The notes beneath the pieces were generated by a model. It saw nothing but the letters and a program-made list of their open reading frames with translations. It had not been told where the DNA came from and ran no database searches. Of a DNA stretch of 64,000 bases, positions 31,992 to 41,397 are shown in pieces (the stretch's first letter is position 1; every line of letters begins with the position of its first letter). The stretch is from Puniceicoccales bacterium (lineage in GTDB: Bacteria; Verrucomicrobiota; Verrucomicrobiia; Opitutales; JAIRKQ01): the NCBI GenBank assembly GCA_031266345.1, contig JAISBD010000023.1:6289-70288 (forward strand), read 5' to 3'. The position numbers were made by a program, and so were the translations under genes.

Positions 31992-32483
31992 TCAGTGGTT
32001 GGGGAATGTCCGCATGCGTTCAAATTTCACTCTTTGCCGCCCTAGTTCCACGCATTGCCGTTCAATTTCGATCAACTGCCTATCGATTTCGATCAATTGC
32101 CTATCTATTTCCCACTGCCTAGCTGCACTCGCTTCCTGCTCCAATCGGTGCCGCTTCAACGTCAACTTTTCCCGCTCCACTTCCAAACTTTTGCGCTCAC
32201 GTTCAAACTCCACCAACTGCCTGGGCGTGCGGTAACTGTCCCGCTGATAAGAATTGCTGGATTCTCCGCTATTTTCACTGGTAACGTGGTGTCCAATTGC
32301 GCCGCCGGCTAGCCCGCCGATGACGCCACCCGCCACCGCGCCACCGGACTTCCCAAAGGCGTACCCCACACCGGAGCCAGCGGCGGCACCGATGGCAGCA
32401 CCTCCCAGGGTGCCCGTGGTGGAGTCGCACCCAACTGCCAACAGGGATATGGCCAATATGAATGGTAAAAATCTATGCTTCAT
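31992..32483 (-). CDS. glycine-zipper lipoprotein with C-terminal coiled coil
   Basis: Signal peptide with lipobox (LLAVGC). Gly-zipper GGAAIGAAAGSGVGYAFGKSGGAVAGGVIGGLAGGAIG. Heptad-like ER/LE-rich C-terminus. Confidence 0.7.
   Translation of the reverse strand: MKHRFLPFILAISLLAVGCDSTTGTLGGAAIGAAAGSGVGYAFGKSGGAVAGGVIGGLAGGAIGHHVTSENSGESSNSYQRDSYRTPRQLVEFERERKSLEVEREKLTLKRHRLEQEASAARQWEIDRQLIEIDRQLIEIERQCVELGRQRVKFERMRTFPNH
32066..32110. repeat. 21-bp tandem repeat (~2.2 copies) inside the lipoprotein gene
   Basis: tttcgatcaaCtgcctatcGa / tttcgatcaaTtgcctatcTa / tttc..., encoding IDRQLIE-IDRQLIE. Confidence 0.75.
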
Positions 32484-32525
32484 CCACTCAATATGTTAAA
32501 AGTTTTGCGATAAACGCAAGCAAAA

Positions 32526-33416
32526 TCACCCGCGTAAAAATATTAGCGTGTTCCAGTTGCCATACTTCGCGCTATTTTCTATGGATGAAGTCCAAAATTT
32601 TTTGAATGATTTTTCGAATGCTGCGCGGACAGCGGGAACTTCCTCCAGTAGCATTCCACTTAGGCAGAGCATCCCGCCGGGCCGCACTGAACCCACTAAA
32701 ATATCGGCATTTTTTATGAGGACATCGGCCAAAATATTTGCGAAAATCAAATCAGCCTCGTGGCCCAGTAAGCCCACTTTCAAATCCGAGCAACTATAGT
32801 CAATGCTACGCGGGTCGATGCCATTATTACCAGCATTTTGCTTGCTGGTCGCGATGGCATCCTCATCGCTATCAATGAGAAGGGCATGCTGCAATCCACA
32901 CTTTAATGCAGAAATACCCAAGATTCCCGTTCCGCAGCCCACATCGATGCATTTTTTTACCCACCAACTGTCATCCCTGCGGAACATAGAAACGAACATG
33001 ATCAGCGCGCGTGCACACAGGCGCGTACTTTCGTGCATACCCGTGCCAAAAGCCAAACCCGAATCGATGTACACCGGCACTACGTATTCGGAGGGGATCG
33101 GCACCTCGTTTTTTCGGCACAGCGGAATCCAGAACAGTTGCTGATAGGACCAGGGCTGGCAATGCTTTTTATACTCGTTGACCCAGTTCGTTTCGGCGAC
33201 GGTCTCCATACTCACTTCGCCGGCCAGCGAGAGAGAATCCTGCACATTTTTAAAAACTTCGCCGCCCAATTTTTCACTTTCAAAATATCCGCACAAGTAG
33301 TGTGAATCTGAGTCGCAATCGTGGTCGAGTACGCATTCCCGCTGCTCATTTTCCAGCAAAAACGCATTCACCGCTTCCGCGCACTCCCCATCTATTTTCA
33401 GCATAAACTTTATCAT
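32526..33416 (-). CDS. prmA: ribosomal protein L11 methyltransferase
   Basis: ATG at 33416 (the track start 33443 is TTG). SAM motif IDVGCGTGILGISALKCG. FGTGMHESTRLC. Confidence 0.85.
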   Translation of the reverse strand: MIKFMLKIDGECAEAVNAFLLENEQRECVLDHDCDSDSHYLCGYFESEKLGGEVFKNVQDSLSLAGEVSMETVAETNWVNEYKKHCQPWSYQQLFWIPLCRKNEVPIPSEYVVPVYIDSGLAFGTGMHESTRLCARALIMFVSMFRRDDSWWVKKCIDVGCGTGILGISALKCGLQHALLIDSDEDAIATSKQNAGNNGIDPRSIDYSCSDLKVGLLGHEADLIFANILADVLIKNADILVGSVRPGGMLCLSGMLLEEVPAVRAAFEKSFKKFWTSSIENSAKYGNWNTLIFLRG

Positions 33417-33545
33417 TGCGAGTAATTTAAATAAATTTTCCAAAAAAATCGAAAATTTTATGTAAAAACATTACTTTTATAAAATTTTAGAAAATTCCTT
33501 GACCAAGAAGGATTATGCTGCTAGTCCCTAGCACGTCGTTGAGTT

Positions 33546-34430
33546 ATGGCTGCATCAAAAATAATCCAGACCCTATCCCACCCGCTTGGGGAAACTCCTA
33601 CCCAAGTGAAACCGAAATTGAAAAAATTGAGCGACATACGGGCGGTCATATTCGATGTGTACGGAACCCTACTGATATCCAACGTTGGTTCAAATTCCAT
33701 GTCCAATGTTTCCCTTGAAAGTGATGGAGCCATCCAGGAAGCGCTCATTGCTTCCGAATTCGAAATCCTCGAGCCGGAAGCGAAATTGAGCGAGCAGTAC
33801 GTTGGGTACATCCACGCCCACTACGACATCCGCCGCTCGGAGGGCATTTTATTCCCTGAAATTAACATATATGACGTGTGGCAAGATTATCTAAATGAGC
33901 TATTTACGCAGGGAATTATAGACGGTGATTTGACTGAGTGCTCAATTAAGCGTGTCATATTGAACCACGAATTCCGGGTTAATCCCGTATGGCCGCGCAA
34001 GGGGACACTGGAAGTTCTAAGGTCTTTGCAAGACAGCGACATCTGCTCGGGGGCAATATCAACGGCGCAGTTTTATACCAAACTTGCCCTTGAGACCCTA
34101 TATCAAAACAGCTTGGATACGCTTGGTTTCAAAAAGCCGATATGCGTATGGTCCTTTGAACACTGGCATGTCAAGCCGTCGGATGTGCTATTCGAAGCGT
34201 GTATCGCGGGACTGCACGCTCTCAAAATTGAGCCCGGCGAGGTGTTATACGTGGGCAATGACATGCGCAACGATATCATACCGGCCCACAAATTTGGGTT
34301 TAGGACAGCGCTATTCGCCGGCGATAAAAAATCCTACAACATAACCTCAACGGAAGGGGACATCAACGCCTGCAAGCCAACGGTAGTTTTTACGGAATTT
34401 TCGCAACTTCAAGACTGTTTGCTCTATTAA
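33546..34430 (+). CDS. HAD-superfamily hydrolase (haloacid-dehalogenase-like, DxYGT motif I)
   Basis: AVIFDVYGTLL (motif I), YVGNDMRNDI (motif IV). Confidence 0.8.
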   Translation: MAASKIIQTLSHPLGETPTQVKPKLKKLSDIRAVIFDVYGTLLISNVGSNSMSNVSLESDGAIQEALIASEFEILEPEAKLSEQYVGYIHAHYDIRRSEGILFPEINIYDVWQDYLNELFTQGIIDGDLTECSIKRVILNHEFRVNPVWPRKGTLEVLRSLQDSDICSGAISTAQFYTKLALETLYQNSLDTLGFKKPICVWSFEHWHVKPSDVLFEACIAGLHALKIEPGEVLYVGNDMRNDIIPAHKFGFRTALFAGDKKSYNITSTEGDINACKPTVVFTEFSQLQDCLLY

Positions 34431-34910
34431 AAAACTCACAGAGGCGGAAAGATAAGGAAACGGGTGGCGAAAATAGAATGGGTACATCTGCCACAGTTCA
34501 TGGCAATGCGGCCACTAATTTTTTAATTTGCTAAGGTTTTTTACCCCATGCCTTTGCCTGCAAAACATTCCTTGCACAGAAGTTTAAACTCTCTATTTTT
34601 TATATATTTTTTCGCTAGCGCTAATTTTTATCTTGACATTTTTATTCGTTTTGCAGGGAGTATGGAAACTGAAACTCAAATTTGGAAAACGTATGAAAAT
34701 AGGGAAAAAAGAAAATAGTAGTGGTTTTAATTTGACCAAGCTGAACAAGAAAAAGTTTCGCACGGGGTTAACTTCGACATCCCGCAGCGAAGATCTTGAT
34801 ATTAGCTGTGCCATTGGCGAATTCGGAATGATGCGCGTGGGCGTCGGCATGGATTTCAGCACCGTGTCCAAATTAGTGAAAGCCTCCGTAGCTCTGATTG
34901 ACTAGGCCTT

Positions 34911-35267
34911 TTACTGCCAATTTCTGTTGGCAATTAGGGACTTGTACTGGATGCCGTCCATGGTTATTTCCAAAAAAAATAGGTCTTCTTGATCCGTTGG
35001 GGTTATGGCAATTGCGAGGGAGGTAACTTTGCCATCGGGGAGGGTTAGGCTTGAAATGCGGATGGCATCGTCAATGGACGCTGAATTTTGAATAATATGT
35101 GCCGCGAGGGTGTATTCAAGGTGATGTGCATTGCGATTTGCCACATTGCGGCGGCATAGCAGACCGTTCGCCATGCTTATCGTCAGTGTGACAGCGGCGA
35201 TCGAAAATATGGCCAGTGCTACGATAACCTCAATTAGGGAAAAAGCCTTTCTATTTTTTCTCTTCAC
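34911..35267 (-). CDS. pseudopilin, prepilin-type N-terminal cleavage/methylation domain (GspI-like size)
   Basis: KRKNRKAFSLIEVIVALAIFSIAAV. GTG at 35267 gives a canonical short basic leader. The track start 35309 would overlap the upstream gene by 59 nt. Confidence 0.68.
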   Translation of the reverse strand: MKRKNRKAFSLIEVIVALAIFSIAAVTLTISMANGLLCRRNVANRNAHHLEYTLAAHIIQNSASIDDAIRISSLTLPDGKVTSLAIAITPTDQEDLFFLEITMDGIQYKSLIANRNWQ

Positions 35268-35661
35268 GCAAAACTCCGGACAACACGTCGGCATCATATT
35301 CCACGCCATCCAGCTTCACAGTAAATTTTGTGAAAAATCCCAATTCATCGAATCTTGCCACCCATTTTGTGTGCAAATCTGCCGGAACATCGCATAGTCC
35401 GCGGTCAAGCTCGCCAATTTTTTCCCCGGAGCGGCTAAAGATTGCGAATTTTCCCGAGTCGCAGCGCAAAAAAATTGACTGATTTGTCCAAATGGCCACG
35501 TGGCGAGCATGTCTCAGTGCCCCATTGATGGCGGAAATATCGCTTTGATTTTCGAAATTTGTGTGAAAATTGGTCGAAAAAATACCAACCAAAGCGGCTA
35601 CCAATCCAATGACAATGAGCAATTCGATGAGCGAAAACGCCCTCCCGCACTTCACGTTCAC
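35251..35661 (-). CDS. pseudopilin, prepilin-type N-terminal domain (GspH-like size)
   Basis: KCGRAFSLIELLIVIGLVAALVGIF. Probable GTG start in a GTGA overlap with the gspG stop. Confidence 0.68.
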   Translation of the reverse strand: MNVKCGRAFSLIELLIVIGLVAALVGIFSTNFHTNFENQSDISAINGALRHARHVAIWTNQSIFLRCDSGKFAIFSRSGEKIGELDRGLCDVPADLHTKWVARFDELGFFTKFTVKLDGVEYDADVLSGVLREEKK

Positions 35662-36056
35662 CAATTCCCTATTTTTTCATCTTTGCCGGGGTTTCCCCGT
35701 GACCAAACATCGTACTTCGCCCCATTATGGAGCCCCGGATAGGCGTAGCAGTAATCATTTCCCCAGGGGTCCTTGGGTAGGGACTCCAAGTATGGACCTC
35801 TCCACCTATGTTCCTTATCCGCAGGAGCTTTCATAAGCGCTTTTAGGCCTTCCGCCGTAGAAGGATACTCCCCCACGTTTATTTTATAGGCCATCAGCGG
35901 CGCTCGCACCGTCTCATTGGCGAAAATGTGTGCAATTTGCTCCTTGCTACTCCCAAATATGCTGTCCAGGTTGGACACCAATAGGCCAGTTAGGCCGGCG
36001 ATTATTGCCAAGACGATCAGTATTTCAATCAGAGAAAATCCCCTATTTCTGCTCAC
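35658..36056 (-). CDS. gspG: type II secretion major pseudopilin GspG-like
   Basis: (GTG start) SRNRGFSLIEILIVLAIIAGL...YK..VGEYPSTAEGLKALM..P......WRGPYLE.LPKDPWGNDYCY. Confidence 0.87.
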   Translation of the reverse strand: MSRNRGFSLIEILIVLAIIAGLTGLLVSNLDSIFGSSKEQIAHIFANETVRAPLMAYKINVGEYPSTAEGLKALMKAPADKEHRWRGPYLESLPKDPWGNDYCYAYPGLHNGAKYDVWSRGNPGKDEKIGNW

Positions 36057-36170
36057 CGCCTTACTTTTATATTTTTTTGCACACTTCGCAATTTAAAAAA
36101 GCAATCCGCTGCAAATTTTGCTTTACGAGCGTTGCCATATCAATTTTATGACAACCATTCTTATAAAAAT

Positions 36171-36821
36171 ATGACGGCTAATAAGTTGAATTGGTGTATC
36201 GTTCGCCTTGGCGAAGATTTTAATTGGTGGGTCAGTGAAGTCAGCGATGACATACATTGGGAAGCGGAAGGGCTGGGGATCCTCGACCCTAACCAGGTTG
36301 AATACATGGTAGATCTACTCGTCCAGATGCAGGCTTATGGGCTTAGAAACGATGTCGTTGAGGATGCCTTTTTTAAATTTTCCATTGAAAAAGAGCTGCC
36401 AAAAAGCATGATTAGGCTTGTTGCCAGCAGCGAAGAATTGATGTTCAGTAAGGAAAAAATTTTTGCGATGCCGAATGCCATAGATGATAATGAGGGCCCA
36501 TACGTGGATTTTATAGATCACATAATAGCAATTCGAGTCAAGATGCTGAATGCCAATTTAAATTTTAAGCAACCCTTTGAAATTGAGGAACTAGAGGAAG
36601 CCATACGCGATGAGCAGCAAGCGGATTATGTCAGCGGGAAGGGGCACCACGTCTTCGAGGAAATAGTTTCGATTTTGGACTATGTCCCACTGGGATATAG
36701 CTTGGATGACGACGCTACGGAACAAGACTTGGAAGCGGAGGTCGATTTGCCAGACTTTGAGGATGAGCTGGAAAGCGAAGATTCCCGAGTTAAGGAGTGG
36801 GACTATGGGGATTATAACTAA
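36171..36821 (+). CDS. hypothetical acidic protein
   Basis: ATG at 36171 (the track start 36132 is TTG). 216 aa with a D/E-rich C-terminal tail. Immediately upstream of candidate effector A on the same strand. Confidence 0.55.
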   Translation: MTANKLNWCIVRLGEDFNWWVSEVSDDIHWEAEGLGILDPNQVEYMVDLLVQMQAYGLRNDVVEDAFFKFSIEKELPKSMIRLVASSEELMFSKEKIFAMPNAIDDNEGPYVDFIDHIIAIRVKMLNANLNFKQPFEIEELEEAIRDEQQADYVSGKGHHVFEEIVSILDYVPLGYSLDDDATEQDLEAEVDLPDFEDELESEDSRVKEWDYGDYN

Positions 36822-36916
36822 ATTTTCACCTCCAATGGGAAGCATAACTTTTTAGCCTTGAGTTTTTATTTGGGCGACGTAAAATATTTCCCATTTACTT
36901 CAATGGTGAGGTTGGG

Positions 36917-38560
36917 ATGGATGGTGTTTTGGATGCAGAGGAAAGTTCCGGGGATGGGGAAAGTCTTGCAAAAACGAAAATGTGCCAAGGGGAGGCCGCA
37001 ATTTCAAAGAAAGACTTCCGCCAGTTATTTCCGGAAAATTTAATGGAGCTGGAGAATCCTGCCAACATCAAAAAAGTGCCGCTGGAGTGGTTAAAGTATC
37101 TTACTCCAAAGCAGTTGCAATATTTGAGCGCAAAGCAAAGGCGTGCTTTGTTAGCGGAGCAAATCGACGCTGAATATGTTTACAATAGCGTGGATAGTAA
37201 GCTCACGGAGTTGATGGGGCGCTCAGCGGAGAGCATTGCTTCCGAAGCCAAAACTTTGTGTAGGGAAAAAATGGCATCCCTTGGGGCAATAAACAGGGAG
37301 GAAAATAGGAAAGAAATTTTGCTTTTTTTAGCGGCCATTGGGAAACATGCTTTGAACAACGTAGCATCAAAAAGTGAAATTAAAAGACTGAGACAGGCGG
37401 TATTTCATCTGTGTACGGCACCGCTAGTTGCCGGATCTTCCGTAAATGAATTGGCGGATGAGTTTGGCGGCGACTATCCAAGCTCAAATTTTTTAAAGCA
37501 GAATAATCCGAGCTGCGTAGAAATAGCGCTGGAAGCCGAAGCCACGCTAATTATGCTGGATGCGAAAAGAGATGGCCACATCGGGCTAGCGGTTACCCCA
37601 TTGGCCCGGGGAGACTACAATACGGTTTATGCGTCCGCCGACGGAGCCTTGGCCCTGAAGTTGTGTGATAAATTTAACCCAAGGTTTTCCGAAAGAATAA
37701 AATTTCAAACGGCGGTGGGAAAGGTAGTCGGTGCGTACAGATGCAATTTGGCTACGGATGCGGTGCAGCGACTCATGGAGCAGGCTGGAGCTCCACACGT
37801 AGTGGCGAATGTTGCCGCCGGTGTAATGAAAAATGGCAGAGCATGCGTCGCCACGGAGATGATTGGCGAAGAGCTCGAAGTCTTCGGCATACTGCACAGC
37901 GAAAATTCAAAATTGGTAAAAGAATTCATAGAAAGGGACACGTGGATACAATTGGAGGACATTTTAACCGGCCAGGTCGATAGGCATGATAGCAACGTTA
38001 ATATTTCCTCCGCGGGGTGGCCGGTGGGGATCGACCACGACCTGTGTTTCCCAACCATGGCTAGGGTCCAACTCTTTAAAGATTCTCCCGCCTGGGGATT
38101 TAGGAATAATACCTGTCCCGCCGAAATTAAACCCAATGTGGCAAATACAATACCCGATACACTCGTGGCAGTCAGCGGGGAAGGCGTGGAGGTAAAGAGC
38201 AAGGGGCAAGGCTCAATTGGGGTGGATGGTGGCGTGAGGAAAAACTTTTGCATGCCGCCGGTGATAGATGTTGGGATGCGCGATGCGATCCTTGGGATAA
38301 ATTTGGACGAGTTGGGGAGCATTTATGGGGATTGCGGCTTGACGCGGGCTGAAATCGAGCCAGCTCTGAAGAGAGCGGAGCTGCTCAAGGCAAGAATTAG
38401 AAACATGGCGACAAATAGGGTAGTAAAACCGGAGCAGTGGAGCGCAGCCCTCATAGGAGCGAAGGGATGCACCTCGGTAAATTTTTACGCACACAGACAT
38501 TCGGAATGCGTGCTCATGAAAAATTCTCTGGGCTACGAATGGTCCGGAGTGGCCAGCTAG
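36917..38560 (+). CDS. candidate T3S effector A with protein-kinase-like catalytic motif
   Basis: 547 aa. GGTGAGG SD-like element 6 nt before the ATG. Motif LTGQVDRHDSNVNISSAGWPVGIDHDLCFP. Paralogous core to the ORF at 44920. A T3S chaperone gene is convergent downstream. Confidence 0.6.
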   Translation: MDGVLDAEESSGDGESLAKTKMCQGEAAISKKDFRQLFPENLMELENPANIKKVPLEWLKYLTPKQLQYLSAKQRRALLAEQIDAEYVYNSVDSKLTELMGRSAESIASEAKTLCREKMASLGAINREENRKEILLFLAAIGKHALNNVASKSEIKRLRQAVFHLCTAPLVAGSSVNELADEFGGDYPSSNFLKQNNPSCVEIALEAEATLIMLDAKRDGHIGLAVTPLARGDYNTVYASADGALALKLCDKFNPRFSERIKFQTAVGKVVGAYRCNLATDAVQRLMEQAGAPHVVANVAAGVMKNGRACVATEMIGEELEVFGILHSENSKLVKEFIERDTWIQLEDILTGQVDRHDSNVNISSAGWPVGIDHDLCFPTMARVQLFKDSPAWGFRNNTCPAEIKPNVANTIPDTLVAVSGEGVEVKSKGQGSIGVDGGVRKNFCMPPVIDVGMRDAILGINLDELGSIYGDCGLTRAEIEPALKRAELLKARIRNMATNRVVKPEQWSAALIGAKGCTSVNFYAHRHSECVLMKNSLGYEWSGVAS

Positions 38561-38679
38561 CAATCCATTTGCATAGGATTTCCAACTCCGCTCCCAGGGA
38601 AAAAATATGCTTCACAGGCAGCCCTCTTTCCCCCTCTCGGGAAATTTTTTACTTACAAGCTTGGGAAATATATGCTTTG

Positions 38680-39171
38680 CTAAGCCCCCATCATGAATTG
38701 GGGCCCTAAATTACCTGCCACTGGTGCCTGTTCCTGGCCTTCGGAAGATCCCTCGCCTTCCGGTATTTCGCCTTGCATGAAAGCCATAATGCGCTTTGTC
38801 CACCTCTCAACTTCATCCAAAAACAGCTTAAAGAATTCCTCAAAACCCTCATCTGCTAAAAATCGCAGTGGATATTGATACCCCAGAGCAGCCTTCCCGC
38901 TTTCGGAGTTATAGGAAAGGGTCATACCCTTTGTTTCTTCCTGATTATCGTTCATCCTTAGCAGATATCTCATAACTACGGCCCGATTGATCTGCGGAAT
39001 TTCACCGATCTCGGCGATGAATATCATGCCATCGCGCTTATTATCGTATTTCAGATGGACAAGCATACCATTGTCTACGTCGAGGCAACAGTAACCCGAT
39101 GGGTCGATTTTCAACCCCATCAAATTTATCTTGTTCGCAAAACCATTTAAAATCGAAGAAAATTTGTCCAT
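38680..39171 (-). CDS. class I type III secretion chaperone (CesT/SycE-like)
   Basis: 163 aa, acidic. Pattern FSSILNGFANKINLMGLKIDPSGYCCLDVDNGMLVHLKYDN..DGMIFIAEIGEIP...VMRYLLRMN...LSYNSESGKAALGYQYPL..L...GFEEFFKLFLDEVERW. Confidence 0.7.
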   Translation of the reverse strand: MDKFSSILNGFANKINLMGLKIDPSGYCCLDVDNGMLVHLKYDNKRDGMIFIAEIGEIPQINRAVVMRYLLRMNDNQEETKGMTLSYNSESGKAALGYQYPLRFLADEGFEEFFKLFLDEVERWTKRIMAFMQGEIPEGEGSSEGQEQAPVAGNLGPQFMMGA

Positions 39172-39364
39172 TGATTACACTCCTATAAAACTAATCTTTC
39201 CCAGATTGAAGCGCAGTATAGCTCAGAGCATATGGGCGGTCAAGAAGAAATTTATAATTGTTTCCGTAAAATTATTTTTGCCGCATTTGTAAAAATTTTA
39301 TTGCCTTATGGCGGGGGAGGTTTTTTATTTCCTCTAAATTCAACTTTAAAGCTTAAGTGTAATT

Positions 39365-39913
39365 ATGAAAAAACTTGTGAGTGTATTATTGTTTAGTTGC
39401 CTATGTGTTGCAAGCGCTTCCGCATGGCCGACGTCCACGAAAATCTTATCCGTCGATATCCAAAAGGTATTGGAAAATTTTGAAAAGGCTAAGAAAACTC
39501 GATTAGAATACACCGAAGCGGTGGCGGTGGCTGAGAAGGAGCTGCGCGCAGTTTATGAAGAGGTGATGAAGATCAATGACGAAGTCAAGGAACTTCAGGC
39601 CAAGGCAGATAACAGCGCTTTGACGGATACGGCTCGCAGCAAATTCAAAGCGGAAGCGACGGCCAAGGGAGAGGAGCTGCGCAAAAAAGACCTGGAGCTT
39701 GCCCAGCTTCGCCAGGATTTGAATAAAAAATTGACAGAGCGCCGCCAGGGGGAGATTGCCGAGCAATTCAAAGAATTGGAGGCGGTGGTAACGGAAATCG
39801 CCAAGGATAAAAAGGCAGATGTGGTGCTAAATAAGCTTTCTTCAGCGTTTTATGTGGATGATTCTCTAGACATAAGCGATTTGGTCATCGCGAAATTGAA
39901 TGGCAAGAAGTGA
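39365..39913 (+). CDS. skp: periplasmic chaperone Skp/OmpH
   Basis: Signal peptide followed by a long coiled coil. Directly upstream of lpxD, the classical skp-lpxD pair. Confidence 0.85.
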   Translation: MKKLVSVLLFSCLCVASASAWPTSTKILSVDIQKVLENFEKAKKTRLEYTEAVAVAEKELRAVYEEVMKINDEVKELQAKADNSALTDTARSKFKAEATAKGEELRKKDLELAQLRQDLNKKLTERRQGEIAEQFKELEAVVTEIAKDKKADVVLNKLSSAFYVDDSLDISDLVIAKLNGKK

Positions 39914-39967
39914 TTGATTTTTGAACTTTATCATTGTCCTGCGGATGTTTTGTTTGCAGGATTTTTC

Positions 39968-41011
39968 ATGGTTAACATAAAATATTCGCTGGAAGAAATT
40001 GCTGCCATAGTTGCTCCCATGGGCATCGTCGGTACCACTAGCTGTTCCATAACTGGCATAAAATCACTGGTGGAGGCGGAGGCTTCCGACCTGTCGTTTT
40101 TGGGAAACAAAAAATATGGGGAGCAACTGGTGGTGACGCGGGCTTCCATCGTGCTCATCGGTGAAGGCATCAATTTGCAGCCGGCAAAGAACCAAGCTTT
40201 TGTGATTTGTAAAAACCCATCCTTTGCGCTCGGCTTGCTATGCCGAGATATCGAACAAAAATATTTTCCGAAGAAATCTGCCACCATTCACAGCAGTGCC
40301 GCAGTGGCGGACTCGGCCAATCTCGGGCGCAATGTTTCCATCGGTCCCCACGCCGTGATAGAGGAGGAGGTGAAAATCGGGGATGGTGTGACATTGGATG
40401 CGGGTTGCTACGTTGGTCGCGGTGCAACTATTGGGGATAATACGAGGCTGCATGCCGGAGCGAAGGTGATGCCGTTTTGCGTCATCGGCAAAAATGTTAC
40501 CCTGCATCCCGGCGCCGTGGTGGGGTCGGACGGCTTTGGCTATGAAACCGTGAATGGTGCCCATGTGAAGATGCCCCAGATAGGCAATGTTATCATTGGG
40601 GATGACGTCGAAATTGGCGCCAACGCGACGATAGACCGCGCCCGCTTCAGTTCGACGCGCATTGGTGCGGGGACGAAAATCGATAACCTGGTGCAAGTTG
40701 GGCACAATGTGGTCATCGGCGAGCACTGCCTCATCGTTTCCCAGGTCGGCATCGCTGGAAGCGCCACCATCGGTAATTATGTGGTCATCGGCGGGCAGTC
40801 CGGCGTAGCTGGGCATATTCACGTCGGCGATAATACGATGATCGCAGGGCAAGCCGGTGTCGCTTCCAGCTGTAAGTCAGGCTCATTCCTGCGTGGCTCA
40901 CCGGTGATGCCCTACAACGAGGCGAATAGGTTCCTTGTCTGCCGCAAGCGATTACCGGAGCTTCTCAGACGGGTCAGCGCAATTGAAGATAAATTAAAAA
41001 ACATCCCCTAG
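39968..41011 (+). CDS. lpxD: UDP-3-O-acylglucosamine N-acyltransferase
   Basis: ATG at 39968 ([12 protein letters not shown]...). Hexapeptide-repeat left-handed beta-helix (...[13 protein letters not shown]..., [29 protein letters not shown]...). Confidence 0.93.
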   Translation: MVNIKYSLEEIAAIVAPMGIVGTTSCSITGIKSLVEAEASDLSFLGNKKYGEQLVVTRASIVLIGEGINLQPAKNQAFVICKNPSFALGLLCRDIEQKYFPKKSATIHSSAAVADSANLGRNVSIGPHAVIEEEVKIGDGVTLDAGCYVGRGATIGDNTRLHAGAKVMPFCVIGKNVTLHPGAVVGSDGFGYETVNGAHVKMPQIGNVIIGDDVEIGANATIDRARFSSTRIGAGTKIDNLVQVGHNVVIGEHCLIVSQVGIAGSATIGNYVVIGGQSGVAGHIHVGDNTMIAGQAGVASSCKSGSFLRGSPVMPYNEANRFLVCRKRLPELLRRVSAIEDKLKNIP

Positions 41012-41397
41012 GCGATAGTCCGCAGCACCTCAAAAGTGCCCGCTATTGATTTTTCAAAGATTCGGTCACCGGCTTGCACGCGTATCCCGGCGATGAGGGA
41101 ATTGTCAACCGCAACCCTGGGGAAAAATTTTTGCCCGAGTACCCGCTCAAAATATTTTCGGAGACTTTCCACCGTTTTGGCTTCCAGTTTAGCGGGTGAG
41201 CATATCAGCATCGTTTGCCTGCGAAGTGTGCGCTCAATTAGGACAGAGTATTCCTTCAATATCGCCAAGGTATCGTGCTGCATGGGCAGGGCCTTTATAA
41301 CCATTCGAATCCTATCCTCGCCCAGCAAACCATCACTCCCACAGGAAATACGCAGCAGCTTCCTGGCGGATACCTTTGCCCTGTTTTTCGTCCTCAT
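41008..41397 (-). CDS. atpH: F-type ATP synthase subunit delta (OSCP), short form
   Basis: C-terminus [29 protein letters not shown] matches the delta/OSCP signature. ATGA overlap with atpF. Only 129 aa. Confidence 0.75.
   Translation of the reverse strand: MRTKNRAKVSARKLLRISCGSDGLLGEDRIRMVIKALPMQHDTLAILKEYSVLIERTLRRQTMLICSPAKLEAKTVESLRKYFERVLGQKFFPRVAVDNSLIAGIRVQAGDRIFEKSIAGTFEVLRTIA

Noticed and set aside
34633-34905. Small + strand ORF (71 aa from the ATG at 34693) between the HAD hydrolase and the pseudopilin operon
   Set aside because: It has only a weak GGAAAA SD-like element, a Lys-rich low-complexity start and no recognisable family (it was compared mentally with needle and pilin proteins). 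A competing minus-strand ORF covers the same DNA, so support is insufficient to call a gene.
37705-38322. 205-aa ORF antisense within candidate effector A
   Set aside because: The + strand frame is 547 aa, uninterrupted, with an SD-like element and a paralogue elsewhere. The antisense frame has no start context or recognisable features.
39215-39250. tRNA-like D-arm string (gtatagctcagagc) in the chaperone/skp intergenic region
   Set aside because: No acceptor stem, anticodon arm or T-arm can be built around it, so it is not a tRNA.
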